Part shown: positions 27,826-36,422 of the stretch, one piece after another
Layout of the letters: the number at the start of each line of letters is the position of its first letter
How positions within the stretch are numbered: the stretch's first letter is position 1
Assembly: GCA_018069525.1 (NCBI GenBank)
Contig: JAGPUQ010000024.1
Coordinates: 13,748 to 77,747 of the forward strand
Origin: Porticoccaceae bacterium
GTDB lineage: Bacteria; Pseudomonadota; Gammaproteobacteria; Pseudomonadales; Porticoccaceae
DNA: 64,000 bases
Direction of reading: 5' to 3'
Made by a program: the position numbers and the translations under genes
The notes under the pieces: generated by a model
What the model saw: only the letters and a program-made list of their open reading frames with translations
Told to the model about the DNA's origin: nothing
Databases searched by the model: none

Positions 27826-29048
27826 TATAGTTCTCTCTTACTGGAAAGGGTAAATAACAAAATATGGATGGCATAGAGATTTTTAATACCTTCCGATGTT
27901 AAATAGTAGTCATTCCCCGTTTTGACAAGCCACGGGGTGTCGAGCAGACCAGTTGCTTCGGCAAGGTTTTGAAAGTCTTTTGAATTAACCCGGTGTTGGC
28001 TGAGTAAGTGCTGTAAGGCGGCAAAGGCCAATGTGCAGCCAGGTGGTTGTCGAAAAATTGTTTTGGGCGGCAGAGAGCGATTATTGATGGCTTCAATATA
28101 ATTTTTCGCTGTGGCATCGGTGCGGTAGTAAGTGTTGTGTAAGCGTCCCATGGCCTCAATACCCAGGCCAAGCCATTGTTGTTGCCGCTCTTGCTGGAAG
28201 CCCCAGGGGCTGAGTTGTAAAGCCTCGCGTTGGGATGCTTCGTGCAGTTTATGGTGTTTTGGGATAAATCGATCGTTGCCCAGTGCGAGCCAATTCTGAT
28301 CGCTCAGCTCGGTGAGGGTTTGGAATAGTAAGTTGGCACCGGTGCTACGTTGGGCAAGCGTTTGAGGTTTACGGTCATCGGTTTGGGCAAGGTGAATTAA
28401 ATCGCAACCGGACTGGATTAAATCCCGTAATAAGCGGCTAAGAAATGCCGGATGCGAGTCACTGCTAAACAGTATTCGGCATTCCACGCCGATCTGCCCG
28501 AAGTTCGCAAGGTGGGCAAATGCCATATCCAACTTCGACAGACTGCGGTCGTCGCTGGCAATGCTGGCGTCGACAATCAGGTTAATGCGATTGAAACCGA
28601 GGCCGCTCAACAAGGCCAATCGTTCATCGGTGAGCGCCGAGGGTCTGAGTTCGATTCCGCGCACGGTATCGGCGGAGTCGTCGAGGGGGAATTGTTTATT
28701 CAGTCGATAAATCAGCGCGGTGATGGCTTCTGGCGAGAATTGGCGCACGGAGTCACCCCGCAACCACAAAGTATGAGTGATTCTCTGGTTCGGCAGCAAT
28801 TCCTCTAATAGGCTGGCCTCCTGGCAGATGAACTGCTCGTAGTCCTCGACAGTTTGTCGGGGGCAGTAAACGTTAATGCCCAGCGAGTGAGCAATCTCCT
28901 CGCGTCCTGCTAGATCCTGTACCGAGTGGGCAGGGAGCTTTTGTCGCTCGCTGTACCAGGGCAGCACGACGTTATTAAAACCCGCGGGTAGCGCGGGTGC
29001 CGCTGACAACAAGGCTGGGTTTTTTACCATCAATTTGCGCACTACCAC
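27825..29048 (-). CDS. HemN-like protein lacking the radical-SAM CxxxCxxC motif
   Basis: It is collinear with coproporphyrinogen dehydrogenase HemN (..GLGFNRINLIV.., and the C-terminal HemN_C-like region). The segment where HemN carries CxxxCxxC reads INVYCPRQTVEDYEQFICQE. No CxxxCxxC occurs anywhere in the 407 aa. Confidence 0.6.
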   Translation of the reverse strand: MVVRKLMVKNPALLSAAPALPAGFNNVVLPWYSERQKLPAHSVQDLAGREEIAHSLGINVYCPRQTVEDYEQFICQEASLLEELLPNQRITHTLWLRGDSVRQFSPEAITALIYRLNKQFPLDDSADTVRGIELRPSALTDERLALLSGLGFNRINLIVDASIASDDRSLSKLDMAFAHLANFGQIGVECRILFSSDSHPAFLSRLLRDLIQSGCDLIHLAQTDDRKPQTLAQRSTGANLLFQTLTELSDQNWLALGNDRFIPKHHKLHEASQREALQLSPWGFQQERQQQWLGLGIEAMGRLHNTYYRTDATAKNYIEAINNRSLPPKTIFRQPPGCTLAFAALQHLLSQHRVNSKDFQNLAEATGLLDTPWLVKTGNDYYLTSEGIKNLYAIHILLFTLSSKREL

Positions 29049-29165
29049 GGAATGGTCATCATAAGGTCTGGACTAAACATGCTGGTTTAACGGCGCGGCC
29101 CCACACCTAAACCCTTCCCAGGGCCGACTCCCATACCTCTTATTCATTAGCGGTCTCCGAGAATG

Positions 29166-29200
29166 TGGTCTATGGTCTATGGTCTATGGTCTATGGTCTA
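29166..29200. repeat. Perfect heptanucleotide repeat (TGGTCTA)x5
   Basis: Read directly. It lies in the 342-bp divergent intergenic region between the hemN-like and usp genes. Confidence 0.95.
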
Positions 29201-29321
29201 GTGACACGTGATCTATGCCCTGCAGCAGGAAAAAAACCAAGCTGGTTTTGGCAAGTAGCCCGTCGTCTTTACAGCATAGGATACGAGGGAAGTAATGTAA
29301 TGCGACGGCGCTGTTACTGGA

Positions 29322-29335
29322 ATGACCTGCATCAA
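29322..29335. promoter_or_regulatory. Candidate FNR/ANR box
   Basis: ATGAC-ctgc-ATCAA matches the consensus TTGAT-N4-ATCAA at 8/10 positions. Its centre is about 63 nt upstream of the usp ATG, and fnr is encoded 1.5 kb away. Confidence 0.35.
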
Positions 29336-29390
29336 TTAAAAACCTTGAGGCCGCCTCTATACTGCCGTTGCGAATATAAGGAGAGTCCGG

Positions 29391-30254
29391 ATGGAAAAAT
29401 TATTAGCGGTGATTAACAGTTGGGAGAGCGCCGATCAGGTGATGGCGAGGACTCAATATTTGGCGAACAAGATGCATACCGGTTTCGCGGTATTTCGGCC
29501 CGTGCACGGGCAGCTAAGCGAAATGGAAAAGTACATCGGTTTTGATGATTTTGAACGCCTGCGCGATCAAATTATGACTGAGGAGCGGCGCTTGCTCGCC
29601 GAGTTCTGTCTCGGCAAAACCGACGATTTCCACACCGAGTGGTGCGAACGCGTGCATGTGGCCGTTGCCGGGGCCGCTGAGCAGCAGGGTTCCGGCCTGG
29701 TGGTAATGGCAGCCAGTGGCAAGGGTGTGTTGTCCAGCTTGATTCACCGAGCCGACGACTGGCACCTGTTGCGAGAAGTGCCCTGTCCGGTGGTGATGTT
29801 GCCGGAAACCTTAGTGGCTCCCGATAAAGTAGTGGTAGCCCTCGATTGCCTGGATGAAGACGATACTCACCAACAACTCGCCGAGCGGGTGCTCGATAGC
29901 GCCAGTGCCTTTGCCAAAGCCTTTGCCGTGCCGCTGACTGCGATTACCGTCATGCCAGACCCCGCGCTGATTTACGCTAACTTGGTCAGCGTACCCTTCG
30001 ATATGGATTTTCAGCAGCGGGCCAGGAAAAGTGCGGAAGAAAACTTACAGCAGTTAATTGCGCGCACCGGCGTTTCCGTCGATCATATTAAAGTTGAGGT
30101 TGGGCGTATTGAAGATATTGTCAGCAAAGCTGCGGAGGGCGGTATTTTGGTGATCGGTAGTGCCGCTAATCGGGGCCTCAAAGGTTTGTTGCTGGGTAAT
30201 ACCGCCGAGCGGGTTTTACAGCATGTACAGACCGAGATGTTGGTGGTGAATTAA
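29391..30254 (+). CDS. tandem-domain universal stress protein (UspE-like)
   Basis: 287 aa with two Usp domains. The C-terminus GSAANRGLKGLLLGNTAERVLQHVQTEMLVV is typical. A GGAG RBS is present. Confidence 0.8.
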   Translation: MEKLLAVINSWESADQVMARTQYLANKMHTGFAVFRPVHGQLSEMEKYIGFDDFERLRDQIMTEERRLLAEFCLGKTDDFHTEWCERVHVAVAGAAEQQGSGLVVMAASGKGVLSSLIHRADDWHLLREVPCPVVMLPETLVAPDKVVVALDCLDEDDTHQQLAERVLDSASAFAKAFAVPLTAITVMPDPALIYANLVSVPFDMDFQQRARKSAEENLQQLIARTGVSVDHIKVEVGRIEDIVSKAAEGGILVIGSAANRGLKGLLLGNTAERVLQHVQTEMLVVN

Positions 30255-30379
30255 CTATTTTGTATTGGCTTCTCAGATAACTCTTTTGGATTCTGTTAAC
30301 CCGGTCAGGGCGTTAACTGTTGGAGGTGTTTCCCGTGCGTGCCTATTACTCAGAGCCCATGTTGGCTGCTGATTTAGGG

Positions 30380-31435
30380 CTAGGGCTTACGCGTTGCAGC
30401 GGCGGTAATGTAGTGGCTCTTGCGAATCAGGAAGCGCTTCTCGACCAAGTGCCACATAGCGATTGAGCTACCTGTAGTTATCACAATAACTGCCATCAAA
30501 AAGTACCACGGGCTTTCATGAAACCAGTTCGAATAAATTAATAGCTGGATGATCGGGAAGTGAAGAATGTAAATTCCATAAGAAAAATCGCCATACTTTC
30601 CAAAGTTACCTAGATATAAGAACAGACCAAAAAAAACAACGACTATTGCGAGCGCTAAGGGCTCAAGAATGAGCAAAGGGAAAAACATGTTTATTAAAAG
30701 AACTAACGTTGCAGCAGTCAGAAAATATCCGGCGCGACGTTCAAATAGAGGCAAAAAATAGTAGATAAAAGCGCCGGCCATAAAGTACGAAAGCTGTCCT
30801 GGCAATTGACGGGCAAGTTCCACGTAAATTCCCGATCCGGTACGCTCCGCAACTACTGCTAAAACTTCTGCATAGGATACGGATGAACAATAGACGAATA
30901 TGAGTACTGGAAGATGGGAGAATTTCCGAAACAAAAAAACGAATACTGGAACGGTTAGGTAGAACATCGCTTCAATTTTTAAGGTCCACAACGCGCCATT
31001 AACGGCGCTCATGTTGTTGGTATCAAAAACGCCTGGAAGTGTTGGCTGCAAGAAGTTTAGGAACGTGAGATTTGAAAAAACGTACTTGATCCAAACAAAT
31101 GAGAAATAGTCCCCGATGTTCTCTGAGCTGACAGCGATTAAACTTAATGCGCAAAGTATTACTACCGTGAAATAGGCAGGGTAGATGCGACAAATGCGTT
31201 TTTTTGCGTACGCGCTAATAGTATCTGTCCGCTCAAAGCTCATGAAAATAAGAAACCCACTAACCACAAAGAACGCCTTCACCGCCACCGCCGATGATAA
31301 AACGCTTGAAATAATGCCTAATTGCTGGAATCCGGAAAGTTGATGGGCATGGACGAGCAAAACGGTTCCTGCAAATAGCAGTCGTAGTAGATCAAAGTTA
31401 TTCTTTTTCAATCGAGGGTTATTGTGCTGTAGCAA
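30380..31435 (-). CDS. acyltransferase-3 family membrane O-acyltransferase
   Basis: 351 aa and polytopic. The N-terminus FDLLRLLFAGTVLLVHA is typical of the OafA/YrhL family. It is visibly AT-rich. Confidence 0.75.
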   Translation of the reverse strand: MLQHNNPRLKKNNFDLLRLLFAGTVLLVHAHQLSGFQQLGIISSVLSSAVAVKAFFVVSGFLIFMSFERTDTISAYAKKRICRIYPAYFTVVILCALSLIAVSSENIGDYFSFVWIKYVFSNLTFLNFLQPTLPGVFDTNNMSAVNGALWTLKIEAMFYLTVPVFVFLFRKFSHLPVLIFVYCSSVSYAEVLAVVAERTGSGIYVELARQLPGQLSYFMAGAFIYYFLPLFERRAGYFLTAATLVLLINMFFPLLILEPLALAIVVVFFGLFLYLGNFGKYGDFSYGIYILHFPIIQLLIYSNWFHESPWYFLMAVIVITTGSSIAMWHLVEKRFLIRKSHYITAAATRKP

Positions 31436-31777
31436 ATCGAGCTCCTGGCGGTTTATTCAATAGCTGTATGCTTTCTAGTTTTTTTGGCCTGGTTTTAAGT
31501 TGACGATACGATTTTATGGTAAATATTGTTTAAAAACAAATGGTTGGGCAATTCTTTCTTGCCCCGTTGGAGCTTTCGTATTAGTCGGAATCCACGTAAA
31601 AAGGCAAGCTCGACACTGTCGATCGTTATTTAAAATCGCATGCTGACCCTGTGTAAATTGTGCAATCGCCTGTAGCCCACAAGGGCTGCGGGTATTATAG
31701 AGGAGCTAAGCCAGGAGGGCGGTATTCTTTATGTATGGCTGTGCGAGTGCAGGGTGAAAAGTTAAAGAGAGTTATTA

Positions 31778-32449
31778 TTAGGGCAAGGGTACTGTGCCTG
31801 CTGATCCCCAGAGCTTATCGAGTCGCTGTTTACGCCCGCAGTTCCACTTATAGAATTTATAGCGTTTGGGGTTTTTTAAATAATAATTCTGGTGATAATC
31901 CTCGGCGGGATAAAAGGTGGTGGCGGCAGTGATTTCGGTTTGGATAGAACCCTTGAGGACTTTGCTTGCCCCGAGTGCGTCTTTGCTCGATTGCGCCAGA
32001 GTGTGCTGGTCTTCGTCGAGATAGAAAATACCGCTGCGGTATTGGCTGCCTTTGTCACAAAACTGACCGCGGGCATCCAGGGGATCTATATTGCGCCAGA
32101 AAACGGCGAGGAGGGTGTCGTAATTAACGGTCTCCGAATCATAGAGTACTTCAATAGCCTCGGTGTGCCCGGTGCCACCGCCGGATACTTGAGGATAGCT
32201 GGGGTTGGGAACATCGCCGCCGATATAACCGGACACGGCTTCGCTGACACCATCGACGGTTTCAAAAGCTTCTTCCATACACCAGAAGCAACCTCCGGCA
32301 AAAATGGCGCGGGCTTCGGCGGCGGTGCTGGCCTGTGCGAAACCCAAAAGCAGGATGAAGGTAGCGGCGAGCAGTGCGCCCAGGCTCAGATTATTGTTTT
32401 CCGAAGAATTATTAGTCTCGGTGGGTAGCATTATTTTGTTGGTTTTCAC
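31778..32449 (-). CDS. msrA: peptide-methionine (S)-S-oxide reductase MsrA with N-terminal signal/anchor
   Basis: GGCFWCME active site and GHTEAIEV. A hydrophobic N-terminal segment (LGALLAATFILLLGFAQA) precedes the domain. Confidence 0.9.
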   Translation of the reverse strand: MKTNKIMLPTETNNSSENNNLSLGALLAATFILLLGFAQASTAAEARAIFAGGCFWCMEEAFETVDGVSEAVSGYIGGDVPNPSYPQVSGGGTGHTEAIEVLYDSETVNYDTLLAVFWRNIDPLDARGQFCDKGSQYRSGIFYLDEDQHTLAQSSKDALGASKVLKGSIQTEITAATTFYPAEDYHQNYYLKNPKRYKFYKWNCGRKQRLDKLWGSAGTVPLP

Positions 32450-32663
32450 AGTTGATCCTTAAGTACGGTGAAGGCTTATGTCAGTGTGGTTTGAGTAAGA
32501 GTTGGGCTTGCAGTTCCCCAAAAGATTTTCGTGTTTGGGTGCCTTTGTCTTATCTAAAGTATTCCATGCTAGTGGCTTGTTGTTTGGCGCATAGAAGTGA
32601 GATAGTGTGATTCTTCATCCGTCCTATCTACCAACACATCAGGCTACAGGCTAAGGTACATTA

Positions 32664-33659
32664 ATGCAGGATACTCGCCCACTGTTGTTGGACACCGCGT
32701 TTCCAGCGCTGCTCCGCAATCAACTCACGACCTTGCAGGTGAATCTCGGCTATCTGTGTAATCTTAGCTGTACTCACTGCCACGTCAATGCCGGGCCGAG
32801 TCGCACGGAGTTGATGGATGCGGATACGGTTGATTTGGTGATTGAGGTGCTGGCGGCGCGCAATATAGCTACACTGGATTTAACCGGTGGCGCGCCAGAA
32901 ATGAACCCGCATTTTCGGCGTTTGGTGGTGGCGGCGCGAGCACTCGGTGTGGAGGTGATTGATCGCTGTAATCTCACTATCTTGCTGGAGCCGGGTTATG
33001 AAGATTTGCCTGAGTTTCTTGCAGCCAATAAGGTGGTGATTACCGCGTCACTACCGTGTTACTCCGAACAAAATGTCGCCGAGCAGCGGGGCAAAGGGGT
33101 ATTTGAGCAAAGCGTTGAGGCGCTACAACAACTTAACCAACTGGGTTATGGCAAAGTGGACTCGGACTTAGAATTGAATTTAGTCTACAACCCCAACGGC
33201 GCGTTTTTGCCGCCGGACCAGGTGACTTTGCAGCGGGAGTATCAGGAATCTCTCGGTAAGGAATACGGCATTGTATTTAACGATTTATTTACCATTACCA
33301 ATATGCCGATTAGTCGTTTTGGTGCGGTGTTGCTGGCGAAGGGTAATTACGAATCTTACATGGGCTTACTGAAAGATAATTTTAATGCCGATAATCTTAA
33401 TGGTTTGATGTGCCGAACCATGGTGAGCGTGGATTGGCAGGGTAATCTTTACGACTGCGATTTTAATCAGATGCTGGAATTTCCGATGCAGTCAAACCTA
33501 CAGCCTTTGGCAGAGTTAATTGGCTCGGATCGCAATACTCGTCATTTGCGCGAATTGTTAGAGCACGATTTAAACGCCAGTCATATTACGGTTGGCGAAC
33601 ACTGCTACGGTTGTACCGCTGGCGCGGGGAGCAGTTGTGGCGGTGCGCTCGACGGCTAG
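32664..33659 (+). CDS. arsS: ArsS-type radical SAM/Cys-rich-domain protein
   Basis: CNLSCTHC (CxxxCxxC) near the N-terminus and a C-terminal CYGCTAGAGSSCGG. I recognise this as the TIGR04167-type family (from memory). Confidence 0.7.
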   Translation: MQDTRPLLLDTAFPALLRNQLTTLQVNLGYLCNLSCTHCHVNAGPSRTELMDADTVDLVIEVLAARNIATLDLTGGAPEMNPHFRRLVVAARALGVEVIDRCNLTILLEPGYEDLPEFLAANKVVITASLPCYSEQNVAEQRGKGVFEQSVEALQQLNQLGYGKVDSDLELNLVYNPNGAFLPPDQVTLQREYQESLGKEYGIVFNDLFTITNMPISRFGAVLLAKGNYESYMGLLKDNFNADNLNGLMCRTMVSVDWQGNLYDCDFNQMLEFPMQSNLQPLAELIGSDRNTRHLRELLEHDLNASHITVGEHCYGCTAGAGSSCGGALDG

Positions 33660-33691
33660 TGTCCGGCGCTTACCCCTGAGCCTATCCCAGT

Positions 33692-34420
33692 ATGTCCCCG
33701 GCACCTGATCATGAGCAGTGTATGACACCTTCTGTTTCTATCATTATCCCCGTGTTGAACGAAGCCGCCACGGTGGCTGCCTGTCTGCAAACTTTGCAAA
33801 GCTTATCTACCTCCGACGCGACAGTGACGCTCGAAATTATTGTCGTCGATGGCGGCAGTAGCGATGCCACGGTCGAGCTGGCCACGCCTTTGGCAGATCA
33901 ATTGATCGTCGCGGGCCAGGGCAGGGCCGGGCAGATGAACACGGGAGCTAAGGCGAGCAGCGGCGAGTATGTGTTGTTTCTACACGCAGACACCCGTTTG
34001 CCGGATGATATTCTTGCGGTGATAGCGAGTTGGCAAAATGCGGAGCTGCCACTCTGGGGGTTTTTCTCCGTACAGTTAAGTGGTTCGGCGCGGCCCCTGC
34101 GCATTGTCGAAACCATGATGAACTGGCGTTCCCGCCTGATGGGAATCGGCACCGGCGATCAATGTTTGTTTGTGAATCGGCAACTATTTAATTCCATTGG
34201 TGGTTTTGCGGATATGCCTTTAATGGAAGATATTGAAATCTGTCAACGACTCAAGCGGATGAATAAACCGCGAGTCGAAATTCATCCCGTAGTGACGTCC
34301 AGCCGCAAGTGGGAACGAGAGGGTATCTGCAAAACGATTGTCCTTATGTGGCGCTTGCGACTGGCCTACTTTTTCGGTGCAAAGCCGGAAGAGCTGGCGC
34401 GCAAGTATTATTCTTCGTGA
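33692..34420 (+). CDS. GT2-like transferase associated with ArsS-type rSAM (TIGR04283-like)
   Basis: SIIIPVLNEA...VVDGGSSD...LHADT matches the GT2 pattern. It lies directly after the rSAM gene. Confidence 0.65.
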   Translation: MSPAPDHEQCMTPSVSIIIPVLNEAATVAACLQTLQSLSTSDATVTLEIIVVDGGSSDATVELATPLADQLIVAGQGRAGQMNTGAKASSGEYVLFLHADTRLPDDILAVIASWQNAELPLWGFFSVQLSGSARPLRIVETMMNWRSRLMGIGTGDQCLFVNRQLFNSIGGFADMPLMEDIEICQRLKRMNKPRVEIHPVVTSSRKWEREGICKTIVLMWRLRLAYFFGAKPEELARKYYSS

Positions 34421-35142
34421 CTGGTTTATATCCCAAAACGTTTTTGTATCCCGAAGCATTAATTATCCAGTTTGCCAAAGCGCCGGTTGTGGGTCAGGTC
34501 AAAACTCGGATGCAGCCCCACCTCAATGCTGAGCAATGCGCGGACTTACACCGACGTCTGGTCAGTCATACCTTCCACAAGTTGATAAGCGAAAAGGTGG
34601 CACCGGTAGAGCTTTGGGTCGGCGGTGAGGATGACGGTGAGGGTGGTGAAGGTTTTTTTACCGAGTTGGTGAGCGGCGCTAAATCGTATGTCGATGTCGA
34701 TGTCGAAGCCGATGGTACTGGTGCTGATGATTCGGGAGAGCCCGGGCGATCGCCAACCATCGTGGCGCAGAGTGGCAAGGATCTTGGCGAGCGCATGTAC
34801 CGTGCTTTTGAGCAGGCTTTAACTCGATCCCGCCCGGTTATTCTGGTGGGCAGCGATTGCCCCTTCTTTAGTAAGGACTATTTCACCACCGCCATTGAGT
34901 TCTTGCACAGCGGGCAAGACGCCGTCCTCGGCCCAGCGGAGGATGGGGGTTACGTGATGATGGGCTTGAATCGAGTCAGCCCTGCGTTGTTCCACAGCAT
35001 CGATTGGGGCTCAGCTCAAGTGCTCGCTCAGACCCGTGAGCGGCTGGCGGAGCAGGGCTGGCAATGGCGCGAAATGCCGCCCCTGGCCGACATTGATGAG
35101 CCAAAAGACCTTGTTAGGCTCGAAGACTTGGGTGTTATCTGA
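34417..35142 (+). CDS. DUF2064/TIGR04282-like transferase
   Basis: LIIQFAKAPVVGQVKTRM...GSDCP...GPAEDGGYVMMGL matches the DUF2064 pattern. The GTG start overlaps the upstream stop (GTGA). An acidic insertion (VDVDVEADGTGADD) is present. Confidence 0.65.
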   Translation: MTGLYPKTFLYPEALIIQFAKAPVVGQVKTRMQPHLNAEQCADLHRRLVSHTFHKLISEKVAPVELWVGGEDDGEGGEGFFTELVSGAKSYVDVDVEADGTGADDSGEPGRSPTIVAQSGKDLGERMYRAFEQALTRSRPVILVGSDCPFFSKDYFTTAIEFLHSGQDAVLGPAEDGGYVMMGLNRVSPALFHSIDWGSAQVLAQTRERLAEQGWQWREMPPLADIDEPKDLVRLEDLGVI

Positions 35143-35319
35143 ACTAGGTCACATAATCTCTTGATTTAGTTGTGATTATAATGCTTGACGTCAGGCCGAT
35201 TTGATCGTAATTTAGCGCTCAACGGCACTGTGTATCGCACTATGTCGTTGATAGTTTGAGGTGTTTGATTAGGTAAGACTTAGTTGTTTAACGAGTTTCG
35301 AGGTTTAGGAGATTTCGAT

Positions 35320-35496
35320 ATGAGTGCAGCAGAGTTAGAACTAGAAGCATCGGATAATTCAGATGAGTTATTCCAAAGTGCACAGGAACGACGCCGGGTG
35401 ATAATTAGCAGTACAGCCCGCCGTCGTCTCGAAGACAAGCTAGAACAGCGACGTCTCGAAAAAGCGATTCAGGAATACGACTTCGATCTTGATTGA
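35320..35496 (+). CDS. small charged hypothetical protein (58 aa)
   Basis: ATG 35320 is preceded by GGAG. The sequence is an acidic N-terminus followed by RRRLEDKLEQRRLEKAIQEYDFD. It resembles small 'PA3496-like' proteins from memory only. Confidence 0.4.
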   Translation: MSAAELELEASDNSDELFQSAQERRRVIISSTARRRLEDKLEQRRLEKAIQEYDFDLD

Positions 35497-35738
35497 GGTT
35501 TAGGTCTAGGTTTAGGGTAATGGGCAGTAAGCCTTGTCCGCGTTGATTTAATGCGAGTTAAGGCAACGCGAATTAAGGTAAGCGGCCCTCCCTAATAAAG
35601 TCTAATTCCTTGAAAACGCCTGCGCCGTGTCACCCTGGCACCGCGCAAAGGTTTTGTTTCCCCTACTTTTCCCGGTTTAGGCCCAAATCAGCTTATAATT
35701 CAGCCTGTCCCTGTGTCGGTTTATCAGAGAGAGGCTAC

Positions 35739-36422
35739 TTGGCCCCCCCACCCTTGTTATCAACAGCAGCATCCACGTTACCCGAGGCTCCATCGGAGTC
35801 CTTGTTGGCGTTCGCTGCGCTCGGTTTTGAGCGCGACGATGTGCCGCTCTTCGATGGCCTTTCGGGAGCTGTCGCTGCGGGCGATATCCTGCAAATCGCA
35901 GGTGGTAACGGCAGTGGTAAAACCACTTTATTACGGATCTTAAGCACCGCTCTAACTGCTACCGAGGGAAGTTTACACTGGCGTGGCATAGCCCTGGCCC
36001 TCCAGCGTGCCGAGTACCTGGCGGATCTGGTGTTTGTTGGGCACTCGCCCGGCATCAAGCTGGCATTGACGCCCAGGGAAAATTTATCCTGGCTGGCGCG
36101 CCTGTACCCGGTTCGAGAGCAGGACATTGCTGAGGCCCTGGTGCGTGTGGGTTTGGCTGGGCTCGAGGATGTTCCTTGCCGCACCCTGTCCGCCGGACAG
36201 CAGCGCCGGGTTGCTCTGGCGCGCCTGGTGATTGCCCGGGCGACTTTATGGATTCTGGATGAACCGATGACTGCCATCGATCAGGATGGCGTGGCATTAA
36301 TTGAGGAACTACTGCGAGCACATGCCGAGGTCGGTGGTGCCGTGATTTTGAGTAGCCACCAAGCTCTGAACATTGATGGGGTTCGAGTGCTTGATCTGGC
36401 GGAGTACGCCTGTCATGACTGA
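35739..36422 (+). CDS. ccmA: heme exporter ATP-binding protein CcmA
   Basis: Walker A GGNGSGKTT, signature LSAGQQRR, Walker B LWILDEP. The track start at 35610 gives an implausibly long N-terminus, so I chose in-frame TTG 35739 after a purine-rich stretch. The start is uncertain. Confidence 0.85.
   Translation: MAPPPLLSTAASTLPEAPSESLLAFAALGFERDDVPLFDGLSGAVAAGDILQIAGGNGSGKTTLLRILSTALTATEGSLHWRGIALALQRAEYLADLVFVGHSPGIKLALTPRENLSWLARLYPVREQDIAEALVRVGLAGLEDVPCRTLSAGQQRRVALARLVIARATLWILDEPMTAIDQDGVALIEELLRAHAEVGGAVILSSHQALNIDGVRVLDLAEYACHD

Noticed and set aside
29165-29416. 83-aa ORF beginning MVYGLWSMVYGLV
   Set aside because: Its N-terminus is just the (TGGTCTA)x5 heptamer tract read in frame. 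There is no RBS. It overlaps the real usp start (29391) and runs through an intergenic promoter region.
31660-31932. 90-aa plus-strand ORF upstream of and overlapping the msrA 3' end
   Set aside because: It overlaps msrA in antisense. There is no RBS and no recognisable motif.
33600-33659. Selenocysteine recoding in the ArsS-type protein
   Set aside because: The C-terminal motif is encoded with ordinary Cys codons (..GSSCGG). There is no in-frame TGA, and I saw no SECIS-like hairpin.
35694-35699. Perfect TATAAT hexamer 40 nt upstream of the proposed ccmA start as the ccm promoter -10
   Set aside because: There is no acceptable -35 element (TCCCGG/CCCGGT at 17-18 nt) and no extended -10. A single hexamer match is not enough to call a promoter.
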